NCBI GenBank assembly: GCA_963740695.1
Contig: CAVUFU010000011.1
Span: forward strand, 91,986 to 155,985
DNA: 64,000 bases
Reading direction: 5' to 3'
Origin: an uncultured Acidobacteriota bacterium
GTDB lineage: Bacteria > Acidobacteriota > Terriglobia > Acidiferrales > UBA7541
The notes under the pieces were generated by a model, which was not told the DNA's origin, made no database searches, and was given only the letters and a program-made list of their open reading frames with translations. Numbering within the stretch: position 1 is the stretch's first letter; each line of letters begins with the position of its first letter. Position numbers and translations under genes: made by a program. Positions 1 through 11,176 of the stretch are shown here, piece by piece.

Positions 1-2052
1 CATCAAGCCGACCAGGCGCGTGGTGATTGCCAGACCCAGTCCCGTTCCGCCGTACTGGCGGGTGGTGGAGCTATCCGCTTGCGTGAAGGCGTCGAAAATC
101 ATGGCCTGCTTCTCTTTGGGAATGCCGATCCCGGTGTCCTGCACGCGAAAATGAAGCACCGCGCTGCCAGCGGCTTGTTCGCGGGCATCCACATGCACGG
201 ATATTTCTCCGCGCTCGGTGAACTTGACGGCGTTGCCGACGAGATTCACGAGGATCTGCCGCAAGCGCAACGGGTCGCCAATAATTTTTTCCGGAACGCC
301 GGAATCCACTTCCCAGCTGAGCGCAACGCCCTTCTGCAGCGCGCGAAAACGCATCAGTTGCAGAGTCTCGGCAAGGCTGAGGGCTAGAGCAAATTCTTCC
401 TGAACGATTTCCAGTTTTCCGGCCTCGACTTTCGAGAAATCCAGAATGTCGCTCAGCAAGCCCAGCAGGGAGTCCGCGGAGGTTTTCACCATCCCGAGGT
501 ATTCGCGTTGTTCGGCGTTCACTTCCGTGTCCAAGACCAGGTCCGTCATGCCGATGATGCCGTTCATGGGAGTGCGGAATTCGTGGCTGATGTTCGCGAG
601 GAATTCGCTCTTGGCCTGGCTGGCGGCTTCGGCGGCCTCTTTGGCGCGGCGCAGATCGTCTTCAGCCTGTTTTCGCGCGGTGATGTCGCGCGAAGTCATG
701 CATACGGTGCGTGAAACGCCGTCGCGTGAACGCACCGGGCTGACGCGCGCGAGGAACCAATGCAACTGAGAGTGAATCGCGATGGAATATTCCACGCTTT
801 CGCCGTGCCCGGTGGACATGACTCGCCGGAAGGTTTCCGTAAACGGCTGGCCGACTTCCGCGCCCAGGAATTCTCCGATGCTCGTGCCTAGCAGCCTCTC
901 CTTGGGCTGTGCCAAGGCAGCCTCGCTCGAGGCCCACACATTGCGAAAAATTCCGTAGCCGTCGAACTCGAATACGATCTCGTCAATCGCGCCCACCATG
1001 GCTTGCAGACGCGCCTCGCTCACGCGCAGTTCTTGCTCGCTTTGTTCCCGCTCGGTGATCAGCGTTCCCAGGCACAATCCGGTCAGCGAAACGATCAGCA
1101 TCAGAAATTGCAGCATGCCCAAGCGGTGCAGATCCTCCGGATAAATCCTCAGCATGAGCATCGAACCGAGATTGAGCGCGAGAACGGCGCCGGTGGCGCC
1201 CTCCATGCCGCGACGGACTGCAATCCAGATAATCGGCAGAAAAAACAAATAGAACAGTTCGTAGCTCTGCGCGAGGTTCGAGCCGAAGACGATGAAGAGG
1301 GCCAACCCGACACTGCCAGCCTGCGCGAGCGTCTCCGCCACGCCGCGCGCCCGCTTGGAGCCCGTCGGGGTCGTGGAAGGCGAGGGATTGGCACGATGCG
1401 ATGGGTGTGCGTAGAGCTCCGCGCGTTCATGCAGCCATGGCATTAGGTGGAACAAAAGAAACGGAGTGAGGCACACCAGCGCCACGCAATCGCCGATACA
1501 CCAGTTCAGCGCCGCTCTTGGATAGTCGACGGGACGAATGGAGCCATCCCACGTCAAGGTAGAGGCGCCTACCGCAGCCACGCAGACCGCCCCGCCCATG
1601 GCCACGCATAAGTACCGGAAAACGTCACTCAATCGCTGGAACGGTGATTCGGATCTCAGAATCCGCCGTAAGATCGCGGCGGTCGCTGAATATCCGCAGA
1701 CAACCGCGAGATTGACCGCCCAAAACGCCAAAGTGTGCGGCGATTGGTGGTAGTTCAGCATTGTTGCCACAACGCCCGCGACGAACATGAGCGGAGCATA
1801 GGAAAGCCCGAAGCCAACGAGCAGGGCAAGCTCCAGACCAACGGGCGGATACCACGCGCTGACTCCTGCCCACATCTGAAAAAACACCGTCACACGATCG
1901 AGCAGGAGATAAAGGGCCGCAAAAAGTATCGCCGGCCCAACGCGCCAGGGATTCCATATTAGCGGGATGCGCGCGAGGAAGCTCGGTGCGCCTGGAAGTG
2001 CCGAGGGCTGTGGAATTCGTGCACTGTGCGGCGCGTGCGCCTCGTCCTTCAC
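1..2052 (-). CDS. Sensor histidine kinase whose 3' end runs off the left edge. It has a multi-pass membrane N-terminal domain, a central sensory region, HisKA and HATPase_c.
   Basis: It is absent from the ORF track because it has no in-window stop. I checked the minus frame by hand and found no stop codon between 1 and 2079. Positions 60..1 read [20 protein letters not shown], the G2 box of HATPase_c. Positions 1200..1141 and 1980..1861 read hydrophobic TM-like stretches ([20 protein letters not shown]; [30 protein letters not shown]). The most upstream start is GTG at 2052, so the start is uncertain. Confidence 0.8.
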   Translation of the reverse strand, partial: MKDEAHAPHSARIPQPSALPGAPSFLARIPLIWNPWRVGPAILFAALYLLLDRVTVFFQMWAGVSAWYPPVGLELALLVGFGLSYAPLMFVAGVVATMLNYHQSPHTLAFWAVNLAVVCGYSATAAILRRILRSESPFQRLSDVFRYLCVAMGGAVCVAAVGASTLTWDGSIRPVDYPRAALNWCIGDCVALVCLTPFLLFHLMPWLHERAELYAHPSHRANPSPSTTPTGSKRARGVAETLAQAGSVGLALFIVFGSNLAQSYELFYLFFLPIIWIAVRRGMEGATGAVLALNLGSMLMLRIYPEDLHRLGMLQFLMLIVSLTGLCLGTLITEREQSEQELRVSEARLQAMVGAIDEIVFEFDGYGIFRNVWASSEAALAQPKERLLGTSIGEFLGAEVGQPFTETFRRVMSTGHGESVEYSIAIHSQLHWFLARVSPVRSRDGVSRTVCMTSRDITARKQAEDDLRRAKEAAEAASQAKSEFLANISHEFRTPMNGIIGMTDLVLDTEVNAEQREYLGMVKTSADSLLGLLSDILDFSKVEAGKLEIVQEEFALALSLAETLQLMRFRALQKGVALSWEVDSGVPEKIIGDPLRLRQILVNLVGNAVKFTERGEISVHVDAREQAAGSAVLHFRVQDTGIGIPKEKQAMIFDAFTQADSSTTRQYGGTGLGLAITTRLVGLM

Positions 2053-2266
2053 GCGAGCACCTGTTGCGAGGGAACTGGATTAGAGGATTCTGTGATCGCG
2101 CCTTCGCACGCAGGGGAGCGCCGCACACAATTCCACGCGGCAGCGAACAAAGTGCTGCGTTCGATCCATGCAATCCTGGCGCGAATTGCAAACAAGAGAA
2201 TCCTCTTGTACGAAACCGTTTCGAGCAATCTCCCAATCAAGAAGATGGCTTCGGCCGAGGAACTGC

Positions 2267-3473
2267 TCAGCGAGTAGGCCGCACGGGAAAGCGCTCGGTA
2301 AGCGCATGCGCCGAATGCGTATGAATCGCGCGACCATCGGAACTCGCCGCGGCCGCAGCGTCGGCGAGCCTTTCGGCCGGCGGTTGCACCATCGGTACCA
2401 GCGCGCCTTCGGCTTCTTTCAAGAACGTTAAGCCCATCTCGCCGCTGTGCCAGTCAATCGAGATCACGTCGCCGAGCGACACTTGCTCGGTCGCCAGCAA
2501 ACTCGCCAGCGGATACACCACGTGCCGTTCGATCGCGCGCTTCAAATGACGCGCCCCGTACTTCATGTCCGTGCCTTCGCGCAACAGAAAATCGCGCGCC
2601 GGCTGCGTCACACGAAATAGGAAGCGGCCTTTCGCGGTTTCCAGTACGCGCTGCTGCACCATCCCGAGCTCAATCTCCAGAATCTGTTCCAGTTGTTCGC
2701 TGCGCAACGGATGAAACACCACCGTCTTGTCGATCCGGTTCATGAATTCCGGCGCGAACTTCCGCTTGGCTGCTTCCGCCGCCGTCTTCTCCACCTTCTC
2801 GTCCAGACGCACCACCGTGTCCGCACGCTGCACCGGAGCAAAACCCATTCCGCCCGTCATCAGTTCGGTGATTTCCACGCCGCCCAGGTTCGACGTCATG
2901 AAAATCATCGTCTGCGACAGGTCTACCCTGCGGTTGTCGCCTAGTGTGAGCGTGGCCTTGTCCAAAATCCCCAGCAGCAATTGCCACAACGCGTCGCTGG
3001 CTTTTTCGATTTCGTCAAAGAGCAAAAACTGAAATCTTCAATTTCTCGGTGTGATACTGCGCGAGCGCCTCCTGCGTGATCAGAGGATGCGTCTCGCGGT
3101 GCCCCAAATATCCCGGAGGCGAGCCAATCAATTTCGCAATCTCGTGCGAGTGCTGAAATTCCGCGCAATCCACCTTGATCACCGCGCGCGGATCGCCAAA
3201 CAGCACTTCCGCCGTCGCTTCCACTACCCGCGTCTTCCCCGCTCCGGTCGGCCCGAGGAACAACAAATTCCCCACCGGCCGTCCGGGCGAATTCAAGCCG
3301 GCTCGAAATACCTGGTATAGATCCACCACCGCCTGCACCGCTTCGTCCTGCCCCACAATCTTCCGCCGCAGCCCCGCCTCAAAATCGCGTGATTCCACGC
3401 TGCGGCGCCCTGGGTCCAATTGGCGAGCCTCAGACGCGTCCATGTTTGCCTCCGGCCGGTCTTCCGGCGCCAC
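2267..3473 (-). pseudogene. Single-AAA+ Clp/Hsp100 D2-like ATPase, split by a 1-nt frameshift.
   Basis: ORF 3015..3473 carries Walker A (LGPTGAGKT) and the GSPPGYLG motif. ORF 2267..3025 continues with LFDEIEKA (Walker B), the sensor region and the D2-small domain. The two frames meet at an A5 run (plus strand 3024..3028). Removing one A gives a continuous ...KISVLLFDEIEKA.... Confidence 0.8.
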
Positions 3474-3661
3474 CCAAGTCCGCGAACACTGAGCGAATCC
3501 TTTGCGGGATGAGTAACGGAGGACCGTGCAGAATGGGGGCCAAATCCGCGTGGCGAAAATTCAGGCAACCGATTTGTAATCAATAGGCTGCCGCGTTGCT
3601 TTCGGTGGCCAAATCGGACCGAAAGCGGAATCATGTTTCAACTGGAACGCAGCGTACCGCT

Positions 3662-3689
3662 GTGACACGGTATTAACGGGGTGTTAAAA
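3662..3689 (+). promoter_or_regulatory. Pho-box-like array upstream of phoB: three hexamers at 11-bp periodicity.
   Basis: GTGACA-cggta-TTAACG-gggtg-TTAAAA starting at 3662, 3673 and 3684, about 80-105 nt upstream of the phoB ATG. It has the same orientation and period as the array in front of pstS. Confidence 0.4.
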
Positions 3690-3769
3690 AATCTGCACGG
3701 ACGCCCAACGCCTTGCTTCCTAGGCCCTGTTTCCCGTATGTTGTGTGCGATTCCCCGAGAAGAAAATAG

Positions 3770-4465
3770 ATGAAACGTGTCCTGGTAATTGAAGACGATA
3801 AAGACATTGTCGAGCTGGTGCGCTATAACCTGGAAAAGGACGGCTATCAGGTAGCGTCCAGCGGCGACGGCGCCACGGGCCTCGCGCAAATCCGCAAAGC
3901 GGCGCCTGATCTTTTGGTGCTCGATCTCATGCTGCCCAAGCTTTCGGGTCTCGAAATTTGCAAGGAAGTGCGCAAGGATGTGAGCCTGAACCGCATCCCG
4001 ATCCTGATCCTTACCGCCAAAGGTGAAGAAGCGGACCGCGTGGTGGGCCTCGAGCTCGGCGCCGATGATTACGTCACCAAACCCTTCAGCCCGCGGGAAC
4101 TTGCGGCGCGGGTGAAGGCTTTGCTGCGCCGCGCGGAACCCGGGACGCCCAGTGAAAAACCGATCGAAGTCGGCGCGCTGCGAATTGATCCAGCGGCGTA
4201 TCGAGTGACGCGCACCGGCAAGCCGGTGCCCATGAGCACTCTCGAATTCCGCTTGCTGTATTTTCTGGCGGCGCGGCCCAATCGCGTTTTCACCCGCGAC
4301 CAATTGCTCGACGCGGTTTGGGGCACTGAACGCTTTGTCACGCCGCGGAGCGTGGATGTGTACGTCCGGCGGCTGCGCGAAAAAATCGAAACCGATCCGC
4401 AACACCCTGCCTTCATGAAAACCATACGCGGCGCGGGATACCTTTTCGAAACCCGTGCAAGCTAG
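3770..4465 (+). CDS. phoB: OmpR/PhoB-family response regulator (phosphate regulon).
   Basis: REC domain (VLVIEDD...[10 protein letters not shown]...LTAKG) plus a winged-helix Trans_reg_C domain ([14 protein letters not shown]...VDVYVRRLR). It overlaps the downstream kinase gene and is adjacent to pst/phoU. Confidence 0.9.
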   Translation: MKRVLVIEDDKDIVELVRYNLEKDGYQVASSGDGATGLAQIRKAAPDLLVLDLMLPKLSGLEICKEVRKDVSLNRIPILILTAKGEEADRVVGLELGADDYVTKPFSPRELAARVKALLRRAEPGTPSEKPIEVGALRIDPAAYRVTRTGKPVPMSTLEFRLLYFLAARPNRVFTRDQLLDAVWGTERFVTPRSVDVYVRRLREKIETDPQHPAFMKTIRGAGYLFETRAS

Positions 4466-6239
4466 ACTGTTCTGGAAGCTCGGGCTTACCTACGCCGCCC
4501 TGCTCCTGGTAGTTCTGCTCGTTGTGGATCTCTATTCCGTCCGCGTAGTTCGGGCGCAGGCCATTCGCTCCGCGAACGACGCGCTCGGTTCGCTGCTGAA
4601 ACTCGCCCTCGCAGATCCTCCGAGTTCTGCCGACGATGCAACTCTGCGCAATTGGACTGCGCGCGTGGCGCAAAGCGGCGCGCGCGTCACGATTATTGAC
4701 AGCGGCGGCCGCGTGCTCACCGATTCCGTCGCGGATTCGGAAAAAATGGAAAACCACGCGAATCGTCCCGAGTTTCAGGACGCTTTGGCGACTGGCTCGG
4801 GGCATTCCGTGCATCGCAGCGTGACGCTGAATCGCGAATTGGTGTACCGCGCGGAGCGCTATCAACTACCCGGAAATCCTCCGATCGTAATTCGCCTCGC
4901 GCTGCCGCTATCGGTGGTGGATCTCTCGGTAGTTGAGCTTCAGCAACGGCTGCTCACCTCCACCCTCTTGATGTTGATCGCCGGCGTGATCGTTTCCCTG
5001 GCTTTTGCGCGGATGTTTGCGGCGCGCGTAGACCGGCTGAAGCTTTTTTCGCAGCGCATCGCGGAAGGCGACTTCCGTCCCGTTTTGCGCGAAGGGCCGC
5101 GCGACGAGCTTTCGGACCTGGCGGACAGCATGAATCAAACGGCGGAGCGCCTCGATCGCGAAATTCGCCTGCTCAGCGGCGAGCGCAATCGCTCCGGCGC
5201 GATCTTGCGCAGCATGGTGGAAGGTGTAGCCGTGATTGACGCTCAAGAGCGGCTGGTTTTTTACAATCGCGCGTTCTCGGAAATTTTCAACGTGAGCGGC
5301 GCAAGCGCCGAAGGCCGCGCGCTTATCGAAATCGTCCGCAATTCCGAATTGCTGGCGCTGATTCGCAAAGCGCTGCGCGGCGAGGAAGGACTACAGAGCA
5401 ATATCGTCATGGGGATCACCCAAACGCAAAGTTTTTCCGCGACGGCCGCTCCCGTGAAAGCGCTGGAAGCTTCGGCGACGGAGCGGGGGCCGACGGAAAA
5501 GCCTTCCGGCGCGGTCGTGGTGCTGCATGACGTCACTGAGCTGCGGCGCCTGGAGCGCGTGCGGCAGGATTTCGTCGCGAACGTCTCTCATGAATTCAAA
5601 ACGCCGCTCACCGCGATTCAGGGATTCGCGGAAACTCTATTGGCCGGCGCGCTCGACGACCCCACCAACAACCGGCGCTTCCTGGAAATCATCCGCAACC
5701 ATGCGATCCGCCTGGCAAGGCTCACGAATGATCTGCTTAAACTCGCACGCATCGAGGCCGGAAAGCTGGAAGTGGAATATTTCACCGTGGGGCTGATGGA
5801 ATTGATTGAGGCCTGCGCCGAAACCACTCTGCTGAAAGCCAGCCGCAAAGACATCACTCTCGAGATCGAAGTGCCGCCGAAGCTTCCCGCGGTGCGCGGT
5901 GATGCGACTTTGCTGCGCGACGTGCTGCAAAATCTGCTCGATAATGCCATTCAGTACACGCCGCAAGGAGGGCACATTCGCGTGACCGCCGACGCCGGCG
6001 ACCGCGACGCGGTGATCTCGGTAGCCGACACCGGCATAGGTGTCCCCCTGGCCGACCAAGAACGCATTTTCGAGCGCTTCTACCGCGTGGACGCCGCGCG
6101 TTCGCGTGAAGCGGGCGGCACCGGCCTGGGGCTTTCCATCGCCAAGCATATCGTCGAAGCCCATGGGGGCAAGCTCTGGGTCGAAAGTTCCGTGGGGCGG
6201 GGCTCGCGGTTTTCGTTCTCGATCCCTCTCGATCTGTAA
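4455..6239 (+). CDS. phoR: Sensor histidine kinase, PhoR-like (TM, HAMP, PAS, HisKA, HATPase_c).
   Basis: H-box [17 protein letters not shown] box [10 protein letters not shown] boxes DTGIGV and GGTGLGLSI. It overlaps phoB by 11 nt. Confidence 0.88.
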   Translation: MQARLFWKLGLTYAALLLVVLLVVDLYSVRVVRAQAIRSANDALGSLLKLALADPPSSADDATLRNWTARVAQSGARVTIIDSGGRVLTDSVADSEKMENHANRPEFQDALATGSGHSVHRSVTLNRELVYRAERYQLPGNPPIVIRLALPLSVVDLSVVELQQRLLTSTLLMLIAGVIVSLAFARMFAARVDRLKLFSQRIAEGDFRPVLREGPRDELSDLADSMNQTAERLDREIRLLSGERNRSGAILRSMVEGVAVIDAQERLVFYNRAFSEIFNVSGASAEGRALIEIVRNSELLALIRKALRGEEGLQSNIVMGITQTQSFSATAAPVKALEASATERGPTEKPSGAVVVLHDVTELRRLERVRQDFVANVSHEFKTPLTAIQGFAETLLAGALDDPTNNRRFLEIIRNHAIRLARLTNDLLKLARIEAGKLEVEYFTVGLMELIEACAETTLLKASRKDITLEIEVPPKLPAVRGDATLLRDVLQNLLDNAIQYTPQGGHIRVTADAGDRDAVISVADTGIGVPLADQERIFERFYRVDAARSREAGGTGLGLSIAKHIVEAHGGKLWVESSVGRGSRFSFSIPLDL

Positions 6240-6351
6240 GCCCCGCATATCCCTTTGTCTTCAAATATTTACGTGCCGTTTATGCTCTTGAAACCCTCAG
6301 CGCCAATCCTGTAAACGGCAATGTTTAAGCAGCCGGGGCCTGCAGGGGAGG

Positions 6352-7077
6352 ATGTACACAGTGGCGAATGCCAAATCAAACGGCGAAGGAATCTTTCAAA
6401 GCGTGCTGGTGAATTACCTGATGTCGCAGGCCCGCACGGTGGAAGCGTCGGTGAACCGCGCGCTGTGGGCGCTGCTGGAGCGCAACGAGCGCCTGGCCAG
6501 TGAAGTGTTTCTCACCGAGCCGCGCATCAACGAAATGGAAATTTTGATAGACGAGCACGCCATTCGCATGCTGCGCCAAGGAAATTTGCTCGATACCGAC
6601 GTCCGGCTGATCGTCGCAACGCTGAAGATCAATAACGACCTCGAACGCATGGGCGACCTGGCCGTTAACCTCAGTGAACGCGCCATTTCGCTTTCGGCGA
6701 TGGACGACGTGGACATTCCTACCGATCTGGAACCGATGACCACTGCGGTCCGCGCCATGGTGTCCAAGTGCCTGGGAGCGCTGATTTATCAAAACGTTGA
6801 CTTGGCGACGCAAGTCCTGGAAAGCGACGATGTGGTGGATCAATATCGCGACCAAGTGTTCGAATCGTTGCTCGCCGGCATGACCCAGAATCCGGCATTG
6901 GCTGCACCCAACCTGCACTACGTGCTGGCGTCGCGCCATCTGGAGAGGATTGCCGACCACGCGACCAACATCGCCGAGGATATTTTGTTCTGGGTGCGCG
7001 GCCTGGAAGTCCGTCACGGGCGCGCCAAGCAAATGGAGATTAACGCCGAGAGCGCCAGCGCGGCGGGTACGTTGTAA
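6352..7077 (+). CDS. phoU: Phosphate signalling complex protein PhoU (copy 1).
   Basis: Two PhoU repeats with the conserved E/D-x-x-x-D metal motifs (NNDLERMGDLAVN; ASRHLERIADHATNIAEDI). Confidence 0.88.
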   Translation: MYTVANAKSNGEGIFQSVLVNYLMSQARTVEASVNRALWALLERNERLASEVFLTEPRINEMEILIDEHAIRMLRQGNLLDTDVRLIVATLKINNDLERMGDLAVNLSERAISLSAMDDVDIPTDLEPMTTAVRAMVSKCLGALIYQNVDLATQVLESDDVVDQYRDQVFESLLAGMTQNPALAAPNLHYVLASRHLERIADHATNIAEDILFWVRGLEVRHGRAKQMEINAESASAAGTL

Positions 7078-7360
7078 TAGTTATTTCATGTTCTGCTCAT
7101 CGGGGATTCAATTCCCGAGCCTAAAGTGAACTCGCTTTAGTGTGATTCAGGGGCGGAAGTAGAAGGCCAAATTTACGGAGCTCCCGCGCCGGGGTCAGCG
7201 CGGTAACGAGCCCTGACAAGTTCCTGCGCTGCAGCATTTGCGCGGGAAGCAACGCACCAAGTACCTCCCACTCGCGAGGCGCAGCTCGTCCACACCCCCG
7301 GGGCTGCGCCTCCACCCCTCTTTTTCGCGAGCGGTTATTTCACTCCCAATTCGCGCCGAT

Positions 7361-7388
7361 GTAACACGTCAGTAACATTGCAGTCAAA
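7361..7388 (+). promoter_or_regulatory. Pho-box-like array upstream of pstS.
   Basis: GTAACA-cgtca-GTAACA-ttgca-GTCAAA starting at 7361, 7372 and 7383, an exact 11-bp period. It resembles PhoB/PhoP direct-repeat boxes (TTAACA type) and lies 28-55 nt upstream of the pstS ATG. Confidence 0.5.
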
Positions 7389-7415
7389 AAATGATATGGA
7401 GGAGAATCCGATAAA

Positions 7416-8435
7416 ATGAAAAAAATCATGCTGGTTGTGTCGCTCTTGCTCGGCGCTGCCGCGCTGGTGGCAGCAGATGCGGGAACTGTGCTGCTGAACG
7501 CCGCTGGTGCTACGTTCCCCTATCCGATCTATTCGAAATGGTTTGACGTTTATCACACGGCACATCCTAATATTCAGATCAATTATCAGTCCATCGGATC
7601 TGGCGGCGGGATTCGCCAATTGCAGGCCGGCACGGTTGATTTTGGCGCGTCGGACGGCCCCATGAGCGATGAACAACTGGCGCAATCCAAGTTCAAGATC
7701 CTGCACTTCCCCACCGTTTTGGGCGCGGACGTGCCGAGTTACAACATTCCGGGTGTCAGCACGGAACTGAACTTCACGCAGAAAGCTCTCGCGGACATTT
7801 TCCTAGGCAAGATTACGAAGTGGAACGATCCGGAGCTCACCAAGGTCAATCCGGGCGTGAACCTGCCCAGCGCCGATATCGTCGTTGTACACCGCTCTGA
7901 CGGCAGCGGCACCACTTATATCTGGACCGATTTTCTCTCTAAGGTGAGCGAAGAGTGGAAGAACAAAGTTGGCAAAGGCACCTCCGTGAACTGGCCTGTG
8001 GGCTTGGGCGGCAAGGGCAACGAAGGCGTCTCTGGTTTGGTGAAGCAAACGCCCGACGCGATCGGCTACATCGAGCTGGTTTATGCGGCGCAAAACAACA
8101 TCAGCTTCGGCAAGGTGCAAAATGCCGACGGTAAATTCGTCAAGGCCGATCTCGCCGGCGTCACTGCGGCTGCCGCTGGCGCTGCCAAGGATATGCCGGC
8201 AGACTTTCGCGTTTCGATCACCAATGCACCGGGTGCAACCTCGTATCCCGTTTCCAGCTTCACTTGGCTATTGATTCCCGAGCACATTTCGGATACCACC
8301 AAGCGGGATGCAATCAAGGGCTTTCTGAAGTGGATGCTCGTGGATGGCCAGAAGTACAACGAGGGTTTGACCTACGCGCAGCTTCCAAAAGCCGTTGTCG
8401 CAAAGGAAATGAAAGCCATTTCGCTGATCCAATAG
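7416..8435 (+). CDS. pstS: Phosphate ABC transporter substrate-binding protein.
   Basis: Signal peptide, then GAGATFPYPIYSKW...YQSIGSGGG, which is typical of PstS. SD ggaggag upstream. Confidence 0.93.
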   Translation: MKKIMLVVSLLLGAAALVAADAGTVLLNAAGATFPYPIYSKWFDVYHTAHPNIQINYQSIGSGGGIRQLQAGTVDFGASDGPMSDEQLAQSKFKILHFPTVLGADVPSYNIPGVSTELNFTQKALADIFLGKITKWNDPELTKVNPGVNLPSADIVVVHRSDGSGTTYIWTDFLSKVSEEWKNKVGKGTSVNWPVGLGGKGNEGVSGLVKQTPDAIGYIELVYAAQNNISFGKVQNADGKFVKADLAGVTAAAAGAAKDMPADFRVSITNAPGATSYPVSSFTWLLIPEHISDTTKRDAIKGFLKWMLVDGQKYNEGLTYAQLPKAVVAKEMKAISLIQ

Positions 8436-8441
8436 TCTCTA

Positions 8442-9428
8442 ATGTCGGCCACTTCCACTACCATCGCGCACGAAGTCCCGCCCAAATCGGGACTTCGTGC
8501 GTTTGTTCATAAGTTGCGGGGAGGCGACGAAATCGCCCACCTGATCACGCTCGTTTTTGCCGCAAGCATTCTGCTTATCACCTCGTTGCTCGTAATTGAG
8601 TTATGGAGGACGTCGCAACTTTCGCGCGCCAAGTTCGGCTGGATGTTTTTCTGGACGCGCACCTGGGATCCCATTTTTGACAACTTCGGCGCGGCTCCGT
8701 TCATATACGGCACCCTGGTAACTTCGGCGATCGCGCTGGTGATTGCCGTGCCTTTGGGCCTGGCCGCCGCGATTTTCCTTTCCGAGCTCGCCCCGCGAAA
8801 GATCAGCGACGCCATCTCGTTTCTGATTGATTTGCTGGCCGCCGTGCCCAGCGTCATTTACGGATTGCTGGGAATCTTCATTGTTGTGCCGCTCATGCGC
8901 ACGACGCTCGGGCCCGCGATTAAGAGCGTGCTGGGGTTTACGCCGCTATTTTCAGGCCCGAATTACGGGGTCGGTTTTCTCACCGCTGGAATCGTTCTGG
9001 CCATCATGGTCGTTCCATTCATCATTTCAGTGTCGCGCGAAGTGTTGCTCACTGTGCCGCGCGAACAGCGCGAGGCCGCCATGGCGTTGGGCGCGACGCG
9101 CTGGGAGTCCACCTGGCAGGCGGTGGTGCCGTGGGCCCGGACCGGAATTATGGGCTCCGTGTTTCTGGCGCTGGCGCGCGCTCTGGGCGAAACGATGGCG
9201 GTGACGATGGTGATCGGCAACGACCCGAAAATTTCGGCGTCCTTGTTTGCTCCGGGCTATACCATCGCCTCGGTAATCGCCAACGAATTCACCGAAGCCA
9301 CCGGGGATTTGTACCTCAGCTCGTTGATTGAATTGGGGCTGGTGCTCTTCTTGATGACGTTTATCCTCAACGGCCTGGCGCGCATCCTGATCGTCGCCAC
9401 CGAACGCGGGGGAGGCCGCCCGGCATGA
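8442..9428 (+). CDS. pstC: Phosphate ABC transporter permease PstC.
   Basis: Multi-TM protein with the EAA-loop region [13 protein letters not shown], in operon position after pstS. Confidence 0.92.
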   Translation: MSATSTTIAHEVPPKSGLRAFVHKLRGGDEIAHLITLVFAASILLITSLLVIELWRTSQLSRAKFGWMFFWTRTWDPIFDNFGAAPFIYGTLVTSAIALVIAVPLGLAAAIFLSELAPRKISDAISFLIDLLAAVPSVIYGLLGIFIVVPLMRTTLGPAIKSVLGFTPLFSGPNYGVGFLTAGIVLAIMVVPFIISVSREVLLTVPREQREAAMALGATRWESTWQAVVPWARTGIMGSVFLALARALGETMAVTMVIGNDPKISASLFAPGYTIASVIANEFTEATGDLYLSSLIELGLVLFLMTFILNGLARILIVATERGGGRPA

Positions 9429-10270
9429 GCGGCGCTCGCTTGCTCTGGCGCAAAGCGGTCAATAACGTCATGCTGACTCTCACGGGAGTCGCCGCCTTCG
9501 GTGTGGTTTCTGTCCTATTTCTCATTCTTGGCTACCTGATTTGGAATGGCGGCGCGTCGCTCAACCTCAACTTCTTTACTCAACTTCCCAAACCGGTGGG
9601 CGAGACGGGCGGCGGCATGGCCAACGCCATTGTGGGCAGCCTGAAGCTGCTTTTTTTGGCGGCGATCATGGGATTGCCGGTCGGTCTTATGGCCGGAGTC
9701 TATCTCGCGGAATTTGGGGGCAAGACTTTCTCGTTCGTCATTCGCTACACCACGGACTTGCTCAACGGCGTGCCTTCGATCGTGATCGGCATCTTCGCGT
9801 ACTCGCTGGTGGTCCTGCCGGTGAAGCACTTCTCGACGCTGGCTGGCGGCGTGGCCCTGGCCGTCATGGTAATTCCCATCACGGTTCGCAGCACCGAGGA
9901 GTTTCTCCGCGCTGTGCCGGGAAACATGCGCGAGGCGGCGATGGCGTTGGGCGCCAGCAAATGGAAGACGATTGCTACCGTGGTGCTTCCAGCGGCTAGC
10001 GGAGGCATTCTCACGGGCATGCTGTTGTCTCTGGCGCGCGTAGCGGGCGAGACGGCCCCTTTGCTGTTCACTGCATTCAGCAATCGATTTTGGAGCCAGG
10101 GGTGGGGCCAACCTATCGCCTCATTGCCGGTGATGATTTATACCTACGCGATTGCGCCGTACGACGACTGGCACCGCCAAGCCTGGGCCGCGGGGCTGGT
10201 TCTTTTGGGGCTAGTTCTTGTATCTAATTTGGGCGCGCGGTTTATACTGGCGCGCACCAAAGCGGTCTAA
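9425..10270 (+). CDS. pstA: Phosphate ABC transporter permease PstA.
   Basis: Multi-TM protein with the motif [14 protein letters not shown]. It overlaps pstC by 4 nt. Confidence 0.92.
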   Translation: MSGARLLWRKAVNNVMLTLTGVAAFGVVSVLFLILGYLIWNGGASLNLNFFTQLPKPVGETGGGMANAIVGSLKLLFLAAIMGLPVGLMAGVYLAEFGGKTFSFVIRYTTDLLNGVPSIVIGIFAYSLVVLPVKHFSTLAGGVALAVMVIPITVRSTEEFLRAVPGNMREAAMALGASKWKTIATVVLPAASGGILTGMLLSLARVAGETAPLLFTAFSNRFWSQGWGQPIASLPVMIYTYAIAPYDDWHRQAWAAGLVLLGLVLVSNLGARFILARTKAV

Positions 10271-10290
10271 CAAAAGGCAGGGATGCAATC

Positions 10291-11121
10291 GTGAGTGGTG
10301 CACCTCAATCCGCGCTATCAGCAAGAGCACTGAGAGATCCAGCGCCTATGGAAAAAACGACGTCACCAACGACCGAGCAGTCGCTGCGCCTGAAAATTTC
10401 GGACCTGAATTTTTTCTATGGCCCGAAGCAGGCTGTCTTTGGCTTAAATCTGAGCATTCCAACAAATCGCATTACCGCGCTTATCGGACCTTCGGGTTGC
10501 GGTAAGTCCACATTCTTACGCACACTGAATCGTATGAACGAGACGATCCGCAATACGCGGGTCGAAGGGTCCGTGCTGCTCGACGGTCAGGACATTCTGA
10601 AAATGGATGTGGTGGGCTTGCGGCGCCGCGTCGGGATGGTTTTCCAGCGGCCCAATCCTTTTCCGAAATCCATTTACGACAACGTGGCCTACGGTTTGCG
10701 GATCAATGGATTCAAAGGTCGGCTCGACGATCTCGTGGAAAAGAGTTTGCGTCGCGCGGCGTTGTGGGAAGAAGTGAAAGACTACCTCAAGAAATCGGCG
10801 TTTGCTCTTTCCGGCGGCCAGCAGCAGCGTCTGTGCATCGCTCGCGCGTTGGCCGTGGATCCGGAGGTGCTCCTGCTCGATGAGCCTTGCTCGGCGCTCG
10901 ATCCGGTGACTACCGCGAAGATTGAAGAGCTGATGTTCCAGTTAAAAGATAGCTGCACCATGGCGATTGTGACGCACAATATGCAGCAAGCGGCCCGCGC
11001 CAGCGATTTCACGGCGTTTATGCTCGATGGCAAGCTGATCGAGCACAGCGAGACTTCCAAGCTATTTACTACGCCGAAGGACCCCCGTACAGAAGCGTAC
11101 ATCACCGGCCGCTTCGGATGA
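10291..11121 (+). CDS. pstB: Phosphate ABC transporter ATP-binding protein PstB.
   Basis: Walker [10 protein letters not shown], signature LSGGQQQRL, Walker B LLLDEP. The start could instead be the ATG at 10348. Confidence 0.93.
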   Translation: MSGAPQSALSARALRDPAPMEKTTSPTTEQSLRLKISDLNFFYGPKQAVFGLNLSIPTNRITALIGPSGCGKSTFLRTLNRMNETIRNTRVEGSVLLDGQDILKMDVVGLRRRVGMVFQRPNPFPKSIYDNVAYGLRINGFKGRLDDLVEKSLRRAALWEEVKDYLKKSAFALSGGQQQRLCIARALAVDPEVLLLDEPCSALDPVTTAKIEELMFQLKDSCTMAIVTHNMQQAARASDFTAFMLDGKLIEHSETSKLFTTPKDPRTEAYITGRFG

Positions 11122-11176
11122 GACGCGGGACGATTAGGCGCGACGGCGCTGCAGTGGCGCGGAGAACTGAGGAGCC

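Noticed and set aside
3638-4405. A 255-aa minus-strand ORF.
   Set aside because: It is antisense to phoB, which has clear REC and winged-helix motifs. It also covers the Pho-box-like repeats.
7101-7119. A short hairpin after phoU copy 1 (CGGGGA-ttcaa-TTCCCG).
   Set aside because: It has only 6 bp including a G-U pair and no U-tract. This is too weak to call a terminator.
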